Shown here one piece after another: positions 63,184-64,000 of a stretch of DNA of 64,000 nucleotides. The notes under the pieces are model-generated. The model was not told where the DNA came from and searched no databases. It saw only the letters and a program-made list of their open reading frames with translations. The DNA lies in NCBI GenBank assembly GCA_023205875.1, contig CP060764.1, forward strand, positions 434,001-498,000. The letters are read 5' to 3'. Within the stretch, counting starts at the first letter, position 1. The number at the start of each line of letters is the position of its first letter. This DNA comes from Chloropicon primus (lineage: Eukaryota). Position numbers and translations under genes: made by a program.

Positions 63184-64000
63184 GTTGTGCGAGCCGGGGG
63201 GTCTGCAGGAGAGCCAAGCAGGCAGCTGTGCTCTGCGGCTCGCCCGTCTCTCTGTGCGCGCGTTCGGTGCCCGTGTCTGGGTGTACGGCGCCGAGGGGGA
63301 CACTTCGTCCCGCTTCGAGTAGTCCCAAGTCCCGGGTTCCGAGGAGGGCAGCCCTGCCGCCATCCACCCACACCATCGAACACCATCGAACACCAAACCT
63401 GTCACAAAATCTGTTGAAGAGACACAAGCTTTCTCCTCACTGGGAAACCCAAACCTTGTAATGAACCAAAGTCTTTGGAAGATCGAGTCATCCGCGGCCG
63501 GCGACGTGAGAGCTCTTGGGCCCGGGCTCCCACTCCACGACACAAGCTCGTGAGCCGGGTTGACTCATCAGCATCATCAATCGAAACTCAATCGAAAGAG
63601 GGCATCTCTCTCTCTCTATCTATCGAACCCGTCCACCTCCACTCCATTTCCTGTGGAAACCGAAACCACGGCAGGAGCCCAAGCCTCTTGGAAGGTCTTG
63701 AGGTCCAAGCGTGGGCCTCCATCCAATCCCTTGATGCACTGGGCCGTGATCCTGGACTTGGACGGCATCTTGGACGAGATTCTGATAGAGGAAAAGAAGA
63801 AAAGGACGGGCGAAGGAGCCAAAGGAGAGGAGAGAGGAGGTCGACCCTTGGGACGTCGAGGAGGGTGACGAGGTCGTCGTGCCTTTCATCGTCCCTTCGT
63901 ACTCGAACCGGAGAGGGACAGGGAGAGGGACGGAGTGACTCTCTCGAACACCTCGGCGCGCAGTTTTTTTTTTCTTTTTTTTTGGAGGGGAGGGTGTTGT

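Noticed and set aside
63560..64000. Short ORFs at the window end
   Set aside because: No recognisable domain; cannot separate coding from UTR/intergenic sequence
1..64000. CRISPR arrays, rRNA, tRNA, transposases, telomeric repeats
   Set aside because: None recognised by eye; repeats are simple microsatellites without spacers. Small ncRNAs could be missed without covariance-model searches.

Overview
This is a gene-dense eukaryotic nuclear window: about 31 protein-coding genes in 64 kb, short GT-AG introns and many microsatellites. It most likely comes from a compact chlorophyte green alga. Support for that is plastid-targeted genes (CCB3, NFU, STR11), TGTAA poly(A) signals after many stops, and an overall style resembling picoplanktonic Chloropicon/prasinophyte-type genomes; the taxon is inferred, not verified. 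Genes include NAT10, OGDH E1, FAM183/CFAP144, TRAIP-like RING E3, rhodanese, AzgA permease, Nudix CoAse, RPAC1, BAG6-like, an alpha/beta-hydrolase, a BEACH protein, TBC1D31, NFU, GLTP, RSP2, CCB3, a Cys-rich multi-TM receptor-like protein, an NC2alpha-like histone-fold protein, LAMMER kinase, SMC4, a CenH3-like histone, UBC2/RAD6, a GT29 sialyltransferase, UBL-BAG, PRMT, a CUE protein and a 4-TM protein. The most striking feature is the H3/CenH3-like gene (53801-54619), whose histone fold carries an in-frame ~86-aa predicted coiled-coil insertion in loop 1. Other notable items are three ciliary genes, a BAG6 with a ZZ finger, a GT29 with all four sialylmotifs, a hidden three-exon secreted Pro-rich protein and a GATC-dense divergent promoter. 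No rRNA, tRNA, CRISPR or clear transposon was recognised. All calls are by eye, without database searches.
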